Below, piece after piece: positions 40,201 through 48,790 of a stretch of 64,000 nucleotides of DNA (position 1 is its first letter; the number at the start of each line of letters is the position of its first letter). Position numbers and translations under genes: made by a program. Source of the stretch: Candidatus Wirthbacteria bacterium (GTDB lineage Bacteria > Patescibacteriota > CG2-30-54-11). The notes beneath the pieces are model-generated. The model was not told the origin of the DNA, ran no database searches, and saw nothing but the letters and a program-made list of their open reading frames with translations. The stretch lies in NCBI GenBank assembly GCA_903889905.1, contig CAISZI010000028.1, positions 4,156 through 68,155 on the forward strand. Reading direction: 5' to 3'.

Positions 40201-41272
40201 CCAATACATGAGTATAATTACGTTCATCTGGCTTCACTGTTGTTTGATAATGGACAGGTTCAAACTTACTACGACTATTTACACGATCAGAATCACTTAG
40301 TCGCAGCATAAACTCCGTCTTTTCCACGTATGCCATCATTTTTTGCACAAATGCTAATGCGTTACCAGTATCGACGTCGGCAAGCAACTGTTCCATGGGA
40401 TTAAGCACCTGGCCATAATCCATACCCCGGGAAGCCAGTATGTACAGTAATGCTTCTGCGTAAACGAGTCGGGAATCCTCCCAATGACCCGCTAACCGAT
40501 TGAGCAGGATGTTGGCATCCCCGCCAGTGTGCAAGTATTGTTCAACAAATTGCGTTATTTCTTCAACTTTCTGGAGCCTGTTATTAGAATTTGCGGCATC
40601 CAATCCGACAAATCCGAGACACAGATCCAGCTGATCCAGATCTCCGCCTGGTTTTAGCTGCGTCAACGCATCAATTGTTGGCGACGCCTGCAATTGCATG
40701 TTAGCAGTGAGCAGCGGGTGCAGATAAACTTCCTGCAGGGCCAGTTTTGCCTCAGGAAAAAAAATGGAAGATTCAACGACTCCAGCGTAATTACTAATTG
40801 AGTCGGAGACTGACTTCTGAATTTGACGCAAAACATCAGGCTTCAAAGCTTTATTTTCCAGACGACCCAACCAGTTAAATGGAGCCAGGTTTGTCATCAG
40901 TACATAAGCAGCCGTGAGAATGCATTCACTTGGATGCTTAAATACTTTCAGCAGGTCGCTGTATTCACGCACTTCGTCTTTATCATTGTAGGAAGAAAGC
41001 ATCTTATCGAAAGCTGTGGCTTCCCCGGAAGCACTGACGATACGGGAGGACAATACTATTTGAGCTTCGATGGCCTGCAAAGCCAGCGCTAAACTCTCCG
41101 GATTCCGGGCATGGCGGAAAGCGTTGACAAGTTGGTGAAAAGTTGCCTCGGCTTGCGCCATTTCGCGCTCAAAAGCCGCCACGATCAAATCAGACAATTG
41201 ATCGCCACTGCCTTGTTCCATTCCCATCACATCTGCCATAGCGTCCCTGTGGTTACCTGATAAAGACAACAA
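34241..41272 (-). CDS. Giant (2343 aa) predicted cytoplasmic, largely alpha-helical protein of unknown function, with no signal peptide, no TM helix and no domain recognisable by eye
   Basis: It is a single uninterrupted 7-kb ORF. The composition is rich in L/A/Q/E, with no hydrophobic helices and no internal repeats that I can see. Confidence 0.6.
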   Translation of the reverse strand: MLSLSGNHRDAMADVMGMEQGSGDQLSDLIVAAFEREMAQAEATFHQLVNAFRHARNPESLALALQAIEAQIVLSSRIVSASGEATAFDKMLSSYNDKDEVREYSDLLKVFKHPSECILTAAYVLMTNLAPFNWLGRLENKALKPDVLRQIQKSVSDSISNYAGVVESSIFFPEAKLALQEVYLHPLLTANMQLQASPTIDALTQLKPGGDLDQLDLCLGFVGLDAANSNNRLQKVEEITQFVEQYLHTGGDANILLNRLAGHWEDSRLVYAEALLYILASRGMDYGQVLNPMEQLLADVDTGNALAFVQKMMAYVEKTEFMLRLSDSDRVNSRSKFEPVHYQTTVKPDERNYTHVLVEALGRLAGRAAMAWQPEAITAVLAGANQDFKQAFVLGLSLRQWASGQLPSIPIARIHGSRFDHLATRNPELGAEMYLGASVSNPVCGFARATSTGYEIAATALPPQIADKSTITYEDLIKIPNWQELYYFLKWIPETEWSEAAMRMTMGMPVDGGENVVQAGTHIDQIQAQRWRAAFQPFYWELLQADTKHNSTERAAIKVFHTSNPEEWDLLLRDIQTSAAGDGDYDETTYISWLGTIVKFLRELGMTNVTAINNNRNYGTGLVRKAPSRDRSEIKIINAEKLLLIVAQLRRGLVPIMSEIEATIGSKSSSERLKLLTELRAALWLMGPLTDDLIVAMKQMMQGSVTVKKGDGFEQGSPKEKYKKGVPAKVPEDVTFIQGNELDEIYLVVLRRASWQEVVWLGQYIIEAFAQPDPKGINNIRTSSEFVESKRKQRDEGLAKVWYEVSKRLEQPFAVLEQLDCFRPTSSAMDVSNAFAAGAAVRSWELLTKNVDPSIKVHYEQLAAPLQNRATSALNAAAANLHLALRATDKPAARKFAYAIAQINLTQDSAPLLDLMDQKIIPSIPTFMGMDALFNEVFVAADQDSYARQQKIRDLLSQLGASSSSDIVDELLQTLQTGAMPVDAGYLWQVLLAGEMVNHPLLHELSDVIDQRWDDAMHLNHEVSTVLPIENMRKLARAFAEHREKSWDWGSDLNLPLDQTKNLREIVMFFYLMWTVLDSLVKNGETNKSIRAKQELEALDQPWHPEQLVQLMAPAMQTLILDMENNLAAVKPQLDDNQAFDNLDALERGIAYAIMLSDNDATIDSTLTDAGVMQELKPRLQNLLQEYRQWLSKLETRLLAQNERLEQAIFTWQPLGDIDIGGWIDTESLHQAMGGTDTPDIVQIQAVVGGLEEISRLAKPELLPAISDMVPFMLILRQQNVTAFGNWTNNLENKCGAVVKNFSNPLICRRGSQIYHWHDLKDQQPPWPQLHAWAVASAAGEDLATKPMEAELAGLKQQILEQAAGLRRAIQGATVTDVKDKTVTISEWFKRHTNETAELMRQQFEQLALPHRQEPDWFLLQDQVNGQEELSASVEIGMGSILNADALSVQLDQMKMTFNLAQNDSLSLTLAAEQLMHPLQIAYVEAGALQDLLARLQKAVKEIDDRLLGIKQYIARVVSEEKIELARAAASAQVVQNAKQEALARHIAEQQATAALKSRLSEQERRHAAVQEVNEGVFAISLVAANMLQQKAKLSAGFGDGKVTIELHDSHIPPRTIGDVSWGATTWLALDQLQLPLPIPIDDFLALPERDYQSRAEVIFASLRSYQEYLQARSDKQLEIWTQWVRTRAVTEGSTDFNVPLPIQSDALERWAKANQRQLPKWKFGGLDFAQSDKVTITNTDGKELNGLIPISCYLGNSITIEFAFDLGGKLLALNHPNRHYVVSQDLQIHLAEIYGFSDEHQAKLFFMQAYEAWLQAKNIQSAKQLEPELIVDSCDYQLIQKEFERLFGGRIASAARQTESSRQVRQIDPNQPFKPDQMVVELINILERNQLDRRLQHWIQHGIVDAIDRHFIETKMPADTTIVFTDGIVFAESELGEDSVDKVPLPPTANLGAKFDLYSPATITKLRQGIRYRAKVGQDIAASRPGLDKYLIPAADNLVGREVALQNDPSATGFILLWVLVGQENRSGQWVLVRHTMHRPDDVSIRNLEHMRAKLQQAVRPVEVAWDNNIQDAFTVDASLIFRDSAAVLNKVGRARASTNIYHDDEASSNSNNSDETRGNYLVVDYLKHVGYRAVLSTSEVQKLRKTLAKADKIFTANDELPLVSKLSRTKVLMPVNKSYAFELQKLQKSIGELVGTYNAEFLSREFEFRELCKTLYERYVLKNVRDAIEQGISRLVLDIICYGFEYGDVVAAAVEGVETNPEADLSPAQVKELQQRFPDAYQTLLVELERGFTSEYQRDFHQWINLMDFDHFVELQAHDVESIMHNWKNVVEPLLKSKDTD

Positions 41273-41330
41273 ATTATCAAATTAAGGCATTATTGTACCA
41301 ATAATTGACCAAATTTACCACGTACCCAAA

Positions 41331-41358
41331 GGAGCACTCGCGTGAACGCGGGTGCTCC
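41331..41358 (-). terminator. Hairpin GGAGCACTCGCG-tgaa-CGCGGGTGCTCC downstream of the S41 peptidase cluster
   Basis: A ~12-bp imperfect inverted repeat. On the minus strand it is followed by TTTGGG. It lies between the stop of ctp copy 1 (41384) and the giant gene start (41272). Confidence 0.45.
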
Positions 41359-41383
41359 CAGGGAATGCAGCTTGGACAGTAAA

Positions 41384-42655
41384 TTATTTGACGATGTCTT
41401 TCATTGCCTGATCCATGACCTGATCCTGCTTGGCGTCATAAGCGGCCTGCGTCAATTTGATGACAGTGTCCGGTTTGATGCCAATATCCTGAATCCAGGT
41501 ACCGCTTGGGGTGTACCACTTATCGGTCACAACACGCACGGAGCCGGGCGCGGTGGAACCAGGGACATTAATCGAGAAAATTTCCTGAATCACGCCCTTG
41601 CCAAAGGTTTGTTCGCCATAAACTTTGGCGCGCTTGTGATCCTGCAGTGCGCCAGTTACCATTTCGGCTGCACTTGCAGTGCCACCATTGGTGAGCACGA
41701 GCATGGGAACGTCCAGCAGTTTGCCTTTGCCATCCACGGTCGAGACCTGTTTGTTGTCAGCGCCAAAATCCTGGGTGATCGAAATGCCGCTACGCACCAG
41801 GTCATTGATCACATGCTCGGCCGCGTCCACATACCCGCCCGGATTGTTGCGCAGGTCGAGGATCACGCCCTTGGGTTTCTTGCTGACCAAATCTTTGACG
41901 ACTGCGTCCCATTCCGCAATGGTATCGGCGGTGAAACTATGAATCGACAAGTCAAAAATTCCATTACCTTTGTCAGCCAGCTCCACGCTTTTGACATTGA
42001 TCACGGCGCGCGTCAGAGTTTTGTCAAACGTATCGAGCGTACCATCGTCCTTGATACGCTGGATCGACAGCGTCACTTTGGACCCGACATCGCCACGGAT
42101 TTTGGCAACCGCGTCAGTCACGGTGAGTTCCTGGACTGAAGCTCCGTCCACTTTCTTGATCACATCACCGGCCAGAATGCCAGCCAGGTCACCGGGAGTA
42201 CCATTGAGCGGAGCCACGACCATCAGTTCGCCATTGCGTTTTTCCAGTTCCAGTCCAACCCCGCCAAAATTCCCCTGCAAATCCTGCGTTGCCAGCGTAT
42301 TGATCGCCGGTGGCAAAAAGGTTGAGAACTGGTCATTAAAACCGTACTGCAGCATGCCATTGATGGCACCAAACATCAGCTTCTGCGGATCCCCCGGACG
42401 ATCGACGTGTTTGGCTTTGGCCAGATTGTAAACTTCCCAAAACAATCCCAGATATTTCTCCGCAGCTGGATCCGGGGTGGAATCCGTTGCTGTGATGGCC
42501 GTGCTGAGGGTATCCTTTAAACCTAATTTCGCCGTCTGCCCGGCAGCGAGACCAAACCACTCGGGGTCATAATGCCCAGCCAAAACGCCACTTAGAAACA
42601 AGCTGCAAGCAAGTCCTGCTGCCACAAATCCCAGTGCTAATTTACGTACGGACAT
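41384..42655 (-). CDS. S41-family C-terminal processing peptidase (Ctp/tail-specific protease-like) with an N-terminal TM anchor and PDZ domain, copy 1
   Basis: S41 catalytic region motifs ILDLRNNPGGYVDAAEHV and VLTNGGTASAAEMVTGALQD. The N-terminal TM helix is LALGFVAAGLACSLFLSGVLAG. Confidence 0.8.
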   Translation of the reverse strand: MSVRKLALGFVAAGLACSLFLSGVLAGHYDPEWFGLAAGQTAKLGLKDTLSTAITATDSTPDPAAEKYLGLFWEVYNLAKAKHVDRPGDPQKLMFGAINGMLQYGFNDQFSTFLPPAINTLATQDLQGNFGGVGLELEKRNGELMVVAPLNGTPGDLAGILAGDVIKKVDGASVQELTVTDAVAKIRGDVGSKVTLSIQRIKDDGTLDTFDKTLTRAVINVKSVELADKGNGIFDLSIHSFTADTIAEWDAVVKDLVSKKPKGVILDLRNNPGGYVDAAEHVINDLVRSGISITQDFGADNKQVSTVDGKGKLLDVPMLVLTNGGTASAAEMVTGALQDHKRAKVYGEQTFGKGVIQEIFSINVPGSTAPGSVRVVTDKWYTPSGTWIQDIGIKPDTVIKLTQAAYDAKQDQVMDQAMKDIVK

Positions 42656-42965
42656 ACCTCGTCTCCTGCAAAATCTAACTTGTGAAAAAGTGAGCCAATC
42701 CTAGCCCATCGCTGCCCAAGCTGCAAGTCGGAAACCGCTAAAGCCCTCCATCACATTTCCCCCAACGCCCAACCCAACGGTCGTCGGGGAAGACTTTTTC
42801 TCCTGTCGCCACTCCTGAACCTGACACTCCAAGTGGCACCGCCAACCTCAGGTTGAAAATACATTAACATCAAAACACCCCGTGCAAGCGCTTCCACCCG
42901 TGAAATCAAAAACGGGCACCTGATTGGCGTCAGGAGAAAAAATCTTCCCCGACGAACAAGCTGCA

Positions 42966-44258
42966 CTATCTTCCAATCGCCTTGAGCAGTTCCAGCGCCT
43001 TCAAAACAACCGGATCCTGTGCCAAAGGCAGAGGCTGACTGGGCCGATCCAGCAAAAAGTCAGGTTGCAGGCCAAGTCCCGTAAGATCGCGCCCTTTGGG
43101 CGTAAACCATTTGGAGGTCACAAGCCGCACCGAAGCGTCATTGCTTTCCCCTGCGATCTGTACGTTAAAAATCTGTTGAATCACGCCTTTGCCAAATGTA
43201 CGTTCGCCCACCAGCGGCCCGCGGTCATAATCCTGCAGGGCCGCAGCCACCATTTCAGCCGCGCTCGCCGTACCGCGGTTCACCAACACAACGAGCGGCA
43301 AACCAAACCATTTGCCACTGCCAGACACTTCAAATTTCTTTTCCGTGCCGTCGTTGAACTTCTGGTCCAGCACCAGGCCGCTTTTAACAAATTCACTGAC
43401 AATATGCGGCGTATCGGTTACATAGCCACCGGCATTGTCACGCAAGTCCAGGATGATAGCTTTGGGCTTGGTGAGCTGAATTTCATTGACGATTTTGTCC
43501 CACTGATCCGGTGTATCCTGCGCCATGGTCGTAACCTGCACATAAACCACTTTGTTGGCGAGCCCTTGCCAGTAAACACTCGGGATATTTATCTGCTGCC
43601 GGGTAAGCGTGGCATCGATCACGACCGCACCCTGTTCACGGCCGTGCTGGTATTTGAGTTTGACCGTGGACCCGACCGCGCCACGCAGGGCACTGATTTC
43701 CTCAACGGATGACTTGCCATCCGTGGGCTGCTCCCCGATCTGCAAAATCACATCCCCGGCCAATAGGCCAGCTTTGTCCGCGGGTGAGCCGGGTGTCACG
43801 GAAGCAATCGTCAAGTAACCATTCAGTGTTTCCAATTCCACCCCAATCCCGCCAAAACTGCCATCCAGATTGGTCTGAGCGACATGATTGACAACCGGTG
43901 GCAAAAAAGATGAAAAGGGATCATTAAAACCAAACTGCAGCATGCCGTTGATCGCACCGTAAAGCAGCTCGTTAAACACGGGATGTGTTGTCAGCGAATT
44001 CATTTGCACTATTTTCCAGACATTGGCAAAGAGCGTGAAATTAATTTTATCAGTGGCCGCGAGACTCGACTGATTGGCCAGGTTCGCATTGTTCTGACTG
44101 GTCGCCGCTACATCAACCAGTACCCGTGGTGATTGCAAACCAAACAACGCCGGAAACTGATAACCGACCTCAATTCCAACGCCAAGCACAATCACGAAAG
44201 CCCCGCCCCAAAGCAATGCGAACAAGGGCAACCGCAAGCGTTTAAAAAGCTTTGTCAT
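42966..44258 (-). CDS. S41-family C-terminal processing peptidase, copy 2
   Basis: Motifs IILDLRDNAGGYVTDTPHIV and VLVNRGTASAAEMVAAALQD. It is paralogous to copies 1 and 3. Confidence 0.8.
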   Translation of the reverse strand: MTKLFKRLRLPLFALLWGGAFVIVLGVGIEVGYQFPALFGLQSPRVLVDVAATSQNNANLANQSSLAATDKINFTLFANVWKIVQMNSLTTHPVFNELLYGAINGMLQFGFNDPFSSFLPPVVNHVAQTNLDGSFGGIGVELETLNGYLTIASVTPGSPADKAGLLAGDVILQIGEQPTDGKSSVEEISALRGAVGSTVKLKYQHGREQGAVVIDATLTRQQINIPSVYWQGLANKVVYVQVTTMAQDTPDQWDKIVNEIQLTKPKAIILDLRDNAGGYVTDTPHIVSEFVKSGLVLDQKFNDGTEKKFEVSGSGKWFGLPLVVLVNRGTASAAEMVAAALQDYDRGPLVGERTFGKGVIQQIFNVQIAGESNDASVRLVTSKWFTPKGRDLTGLGLQPDFLLDRPSQPLPLAQDPVVLKALELLKAIGR

Positions 44259-45559
44259 GGCGTACCCCCGCTTGCCTGGTCGATTTTGGCACGCAACAGT
44301 TCTTTGGCCTTGAACATGACGGTATCCTTGTTTGCTGCCCAGTCAGCCGCGGTTGGCGTCACCACTGAATCCGGTGTCAGGCCCACCCCTTCTACGGATT
44401 TACCATTGGGTGTGTACCACTTCAGATGTTCGAGGCTGAGTACGGCTGGCGCAATTTCGCCCGGAATGGCAAACGTATAAAGCTGCTGGATCACACCTTT
44501 ACCAAAGGTATTGGTTCCAACCAGCGTTGCTCTGGCGTGATCCTGCAAAGCCGCTGCGACCATTTCGGCGGCGCTGGCGGTACCACGATTGACGAGTACG
44601 ACCACGGGGACGTCGGTTAATTTGCCATGCCTGGTTACCGACCAGTTTTTGCGGTCACCATTGCGGTCGGCCTGGGTAAACACCACCCCGGCCGGCACAA
44701 AGTCGCTGACCATGGGCACGACGGCTTGTGTTAGACCGCCGCCATTGCCACGCAAATCCAGAATAATACCTTTGAGGTCCTTGTTGGCAATGACGTTGAC
44801 AGTATTGCCCCATTGTTTCAGTGTCTGATCAGAAAAACGGTCCACGTTAATGTCATAAACGCCTTTTTCCAATTCGGTCCAATTCAACGTCTCGGTTTTG
44901 ACCGGCGCGCGTACCAGGTCGTAATCTTTTTCTACCCACTGGTTATTCTGCATGCGCAGAGTGACAATGTGGACCTTGCTGCTGACCTTGCCCAGCAGTT
45001 CCAGTTGTGCATCCATCAGTGACATCCCTTGTACCGATTTGCCACTTAAACTGACAATCAAATCCCCATCCTGGATGCCAGCGTTACCAGCGGGACCATC
45101 CGGAACGACATTGACGATCACCAGATCGCTGCTGCTCAGATCCATTTCAATGCCAATGTCTCCCACCGTGGTCGCCAGCTGGTCAAGTTGGTAAAAATCT
45201 TTTTCCGGCGGCAGAAAATACGAATATTTGTCTTTGAGGCCAAAGCGCAGCATCCCGTTGATCGCACCATAAATCATCTCCGTGGTGTTGGCCGGCGCGT
45301 CAAAGTGCTTGCTTTGGGCCAGTTCCCACACTTTCCAAAACAGGTCGAACGTCTGCGTTGGCTGCCTGTTTTTGGCCAGATAAATCAAATTGTCACTGCT
45401 GCCTCGCCCCAGACTCTGAAATTCCAGATTCCAATTCTTCAACCCGATTGTTTCCGGCCGCGCAAAACCCACATAAACACCCAGCCCAAAGGCGAGGCCC
45501 AGGCTGAGCACAACTGCAATCACAATCAACCGTTTGGTTTTGGGATGGGTCATGAGCAC
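44255..45559 (-). CDS. S41-family C-terminal processing peptidase, copy 3
   Basis: Motifs IILDLRGNGGGLTQAVVPMV and VLVNRGTASAAEMVAAALQD. Its stop overlaps the start of copy 2 by 4 nt (44255-44258). Confidence 0.8.
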   Translation of the reverse strand: MLMTHPKTKRLIVIAVVLSLGLAFGLGVYVGFARPETIGLKNWNLEFQSLGRGSSDNLIYLAKNRQPTQTFDLFWKVWELAQSKHFDAPANTTEMIYGAINGMLRFGLKDKYSYFLPPEKDFYQLDQLATTVGDIGIEMDLSSSDLVIVNVVPDGPAGNAGIQDGDLIVSLSGKSVQGMSLMDAQLELLGKVSSKVHIVTLRMQNNQWVEKDYDLVRAPVKTETLNWTELEKGVYDINVDRFSDQTLKQWGNTVNVIANKDLKGIILDLRGNGGGLTQAVVPMVSDFVPAGVVFTQADRNGDRKNWSVTRHGKLTDVPVVVLVNRGTASAAEMVAAALQDHARATLVGTNTFGKGVIQQLYTFAIPGEIAPAVLSLEHLKWYTPNGKSVEGVGLTPDSVVTPTAADWAANKDTVMFKAKELLRAKIDQASGGTP

Positions 45560-45629
45560 TCAATAAAATACGCCACCCATGATAACCGCAAATGGTATTT
45601 AAGCCAATAAGGACCAACGTTATTGGTAT

Positions 45630-47750
45630 TCAATGCCACAGCATCAATTCACTTCCTGCCGCAACAATTTGTCTCCCCAAAACAGGCATTTCCGCCAGGC
45701 GCGGGAGCCAGGCCAAGGCAGCCGTTCGAGTTCGTTTTAGAAGTCGTACATCCAGCAATGATGCCATCTTGAGGTCTGGCATGCCGGATTGACGCGCCCC
45801 AAAGACTTCACCGGGGCCGCGCAATTTGAGGTCGGCTTCGGCCAGTTCAAAACCATTCTGGGTACGGGCAAACGCCGTGAGTCGCTCAGCAGATTCCGGA
45901 TTTTCACTTTCACTCAGGAGGAAGCAATACGATTGAGCCTGTCCGCGACCAACCCGTCCACGAAACTGGTGCAATTGCGACAAGCCAAAACGATCCGCAC
46001 CCTCGATCATCATCACGGTGGCGTTGGGAATATCCACACCAACTTCGACCACAGAGGTGCTCACCAGCACATCGAGTTCATGTCGCCGAAAAGCCTCAAT
46101 CACACCGTCTTTTTCCCTGGTTTTGAGCCGGCCATGCAGCAACCCGACTTTCCATTCACGCAATGGTCCGTTTTGCAAAAAAGCAAACGTTTCAGTCGCG
46201 GCCTTGACTTCGAGTGTCTCCGATTCATCGATCAACGGACAGACGACAAACGTCTGGTGGCCTTCCTGCAGTTGCTGAATGACAAAGGTGTAAGCCGAAG
46301 CGCGTTTGGGTTCCGGAACAATTTTAGTGACTATCGGTTTGCGACCTGCTGGCATTTCTTCTAAAATCGACAGATCCAAATCGCCATACAGTGCTAGCGC
46401 CAACGTTCGCGGAATTGGTGTCGCGGTCATCACCAGGACGTCGGGATTACCGCCTTTTTGGGTTAATTCCGTGCGTTGCATCACCCCAAAGCGGTGCTGC
46501 TCGTCGATCACGACCAGGGCCAAGCTGTCGAATTTCACTTCACCCCCGATCAAGGCATGGGTCCCGATCAGAACGTCAATCTGATGTGTTTTGATCAATT
46601 CCAGCATCTGCGTCCGTGGCACCCGCACGCAAGTCTCTTCCTCACTTTTTTCCAGCAAACCAAGCTGCACTCCAGTTTCCGGCAAGCCCGCCACCAGATT
46701 TTTGGTACCAGTAATCAATCCAATTTTAAATTTAAGCGGCAGTAATAACTTATTGAGTCCACGAAAATGCTGTTCAGCCAGGATTTCCGTTGGTGCCATC
46801 AATGCCGCCTGGTGGCCATTGGCTACGGTATTCACCAGCGCCGTCGCCGCAACGACCGTTTTACCCGACCCGACATCACCCTCCAACAGTCTTGCCATGG
46901 GGGCATCGGCGCAGATGGCTTGCAGAATTTCCCTGACCGCCACACGTTGCCCCTGGGTCAATTCAAATGGCAGTTGTGATTTAAATTCCGACAGTTTGCC
47001 GGTTTGGATCCGCTGGCCAAACGCTTTGCCTTTTAGTTCCCACTGCTGCCGCTGCCAGAGTGATTTGAGTTGCCAGATAAACAATTCTTCAAAACCCACA
47101 CGTTCTTTGGCGCGCTTCAAGTTGTCATTGGACGAGGGGAAATGTAATTCCTCGATCGCCGCCTGCATCCCGACCAGTTGTTCGGCAACGACAAGCGCAG
47201 ACGGCAGCCGCTCCACCAGCTGCGGTTTTACCAGATCCAGCGCCGTGCGGATTTTCTGCCGCAACCATTTGGAGGTCAATCCTTCGGTTTCGGCGTAAAT
47301 CGGGACAATGCGCCCGACGTGCAATGATGAACCATCCGGCGCCTTTTCCAGCACCTCAAAGGATGGATTGGAAAAACTGGTATACCCGCGATAAAGCTGT
47401 ACTTCGCCTGAAACCACGATTTCGGCGCCCTCCAGGAGCTGATCCTTGAGGTACATCTGATTGAACCAGGTCAGCCGCACCACGCCCGTACCATCAATCA
47501 AACTCGCCTGGATCATTTTGAGCCCACGGCGGCTGTCTGTCGCTTTGACCTGCCACAGCGTTCCACGCACAGTTTGCCGCGAACCCACCACCAGATCCCG
47601 CACCGGGACGGTCTGGCTGTAATCTTCGTAACGTCGCGGGAAATAAAAAACAAGATCGCCCACAGTGCTCAGCATGAGGCGATCTAATTTGGCTTTGAGC
47701 TTGGGCCCAACTCCATAAAGTTCAGAAACTGGTGACTTGAGTGTGATCAC
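45630..47750 (-). CDS. recG: ATP-dependent DNA helicase RecG
   Basis: Walker A motif LLEGDVGSGKTVVAATAL, motif II VIDEQHRFGV, and a helicase C-terminal region. Confidence 0.9.
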   Translation of the reverse strand: MITLKSPVSELYGVGPKLKAKLDRLMLSTVGDLVFYFPRRYEDYSQTVPVRDLVVGSRQTVRGTLWQVKATDSRRGLKMIQASLIDGTGVVRLTWFNQMYLKDQLLEGAEIVVSGEVQLYRGYTSFSNPSFEVLEKAPDGSSLHVGRIVPIYAETEGLTSKWLRQKIRTALDLVKPQLVERLPSALVVAEQLVGMQAAIEELHFPSSNDNLKRAKERVGFEELFIWQLKSLWQRQQWELKGKAFGQRIQTGKLSEFKSQLPFELTQGQRVAVREILQAICADAPMARLLEGDVGSGKTVVAATALVNTVANGHQAALMAPTEILAEQHFRGLNKLLLPLKFKIGLITGTKNLVAGLPETGVQLGLLEKSEEETCVRVPRTQMLELIKTHQIDVLIGTHALIGGEVKFDSLALVVIDEQHRFGVMQRTELTQKGGNPDVLVMTATPIPRTLALALYGDLDLSILEEMPAGRKPIVTKIVPEPKRASAYTFVIQQLQEGHQTFVVCPLIDESETLEVKAATETFAFLQNGPLREWKVGLLHGRLKTREKDGVIEAFRRHELDVLVSTSVVEVGVDIPNATVMMIEGADRFGLSQLHQFRGRVGRGQAQSYCFLLSESENPESAERLTAFARTQNGFELAEADLKLRGPGEVFGARQSGMPDLKMASLLDVRLLKRTRTAALAWLPRLAEMPVLGRQIVAAGSELMLWH

Positions 47751-47783
47751 TTGAGTAGCAAATACAAACTAATCCAGACGTGT

Positions 47784-47897
47784 CTAACGCACAAAGGAGG
47801 CAGCAATCAAAGTCGAAAACATCGAAATGATCATCAAAACAGCCAGGGCAATCCAGACGGCTTTGTACTTTTTGCTAATTTTACGGGCTGATGACAT
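47784..47897 (-). CDS. Small (37 aa) single-TM peptide MSSARKISKKYKAVWIALAVLMIISMFSTLIAASFVR, not in the ORF track because it is under 60 aa
   Basis: An ATG at 47897 is preceded by GAGGAA 7 nt upstream. It has a basic N-terminus plus one hydrophobic helix and lies between rpe and recG on the same strand. Confidence 0.35.
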   Translation of the reverse strand: MSSARKISKKYKAVWIALAVLMIISMFSTLIAASFVR

Positions 47898-47929
47898 GAT
47901 GGGTTCCTCATTGCTTGACTAACTGCCAG

Positions 47930-48586
47930 CTAGATTATCATATTCGAAAGTTGCTTAAAAGCTTCGCCAATCCCAAGTGGAGACTTAAAAATAGCACTGG
48001 ACACCACAAACCAGTTCGCCCCTGCGGCACGTGCCGCAACAATCGTCTCCTCAGTAATCCCGATATCTACCATAATGTTGAGTCGATCCCCACCCATTTT
48101 CCGCAGCGCACGCACTTTATCAAATTGGGCAGGATCCAGCGGTCGTCCTGATTCCCCTACTTTACCGGTGGCGACAAGCACGACTTCCAGATCGTCCAGG
48201 TTGGCCTCAATTTCGCACAAATCCAGCGTTGGGGTATCAATGGCGATACCCGCCTTTTTGCCCGTCGCCCGAATCAAGGCAATATGCTTTGGAATATGGT
48301 CGACCGCTTCGGCGTGAAACGTAATAATATCGGCCCCGCATGCGGCAAACACAGGATAATGTCGTTCTGGATGGACGATCATCAGATGGGTGTCCATCGT
48401 GCCACGAAACAATCGACGGGCGCCGCTTATAACCTTTTCGCCATAGGTAATCTGTGGCACAAAACTGCCATCCATGATGTCCAGGTGCAAATGGGTGCAC
48501 CCCGCTGCCTGAAGCGCATGGATATCCTGTCCAAAAGCCATAAAATCCGCGGCCAGAATTGACGGACAGACCTGGTATTGAAGCAT
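47930..48586 (-). CDS. rpe: Ribulose-phosphate 3-epimerase
   Basis: MLQYQVCPSILAADFMAFGQD aligns with E. coli Rpe (MKQYLIAPSILSADFARLGED). The ORF-track start at 48649 is over-extended. Confidence 0.85.
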   Translation of the reverse strand: MLQYQVCPSILAADFMAFGQDIHALQAAGCTHLHLDIMDGSFVPQITYGEKVISGARRLFRGTMDTHLMIVHPERHYPVFAACGADIITFHAEAVDHIPKHIALIRATGKKAGIAIDTPTLDLCEIEANLDDLEVVLVATGKVGESGRPLDPAQFDKVRALRKMGGDRLNIMVDIGITEETIVAARAAGANWFVVSSAIFKSPLGIGEAFKQLSNMII

Positions 48587-48712
48587 CCACGACTCCATGA
48601 TTAAATGGTTCAGCCAAACCATCATACTCAAATTCATACCAGTTTCCAACCAAAGTATGCTACTTTAGAAGCATACTTTGATGGCATACCTGAGGGCATC
48701 CTTGGGACAGGG

Positions 48713-48741
48713 TTGTTAATTTGGGGCAGCTTTGTTATAAT
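48713..48741 (+). promoter_or_regulatory. Near-consensus sigma-70 promoter (TTGTTA, 17-nt spacer, TATAAT) upstream of the second VirB6-like gene
   Basis: ttgtta at 48713-48718, spacer atttggggcagctttgt, and tataat at 48736-48741, about 50 nt upstream of the TTG start at 48791. Confidence 0.5.
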
Positions 48742-48790
48742 AAATAGAATTACTTTGGATAAAATCGTTTAACCTTAAGAAGTATTTCCT

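Noticed and set aside
41274-41302. Minus-strand promoter-like TTGGTA-17-GATAAT upstream of the 2343-aa gene
   Set aside because: The -10 element abuts the annotated start codon at 41272. It would only work for a leaderless or downstream start, so it was not reported as a feature.
41342-43712. Plus-strand ORFs 41342-42139 and 42924-43712 opposite the S41 peptidase genes
   Set aside because: Antisense to genes with clear PDZ/S41 motifs. No motifs of their own.
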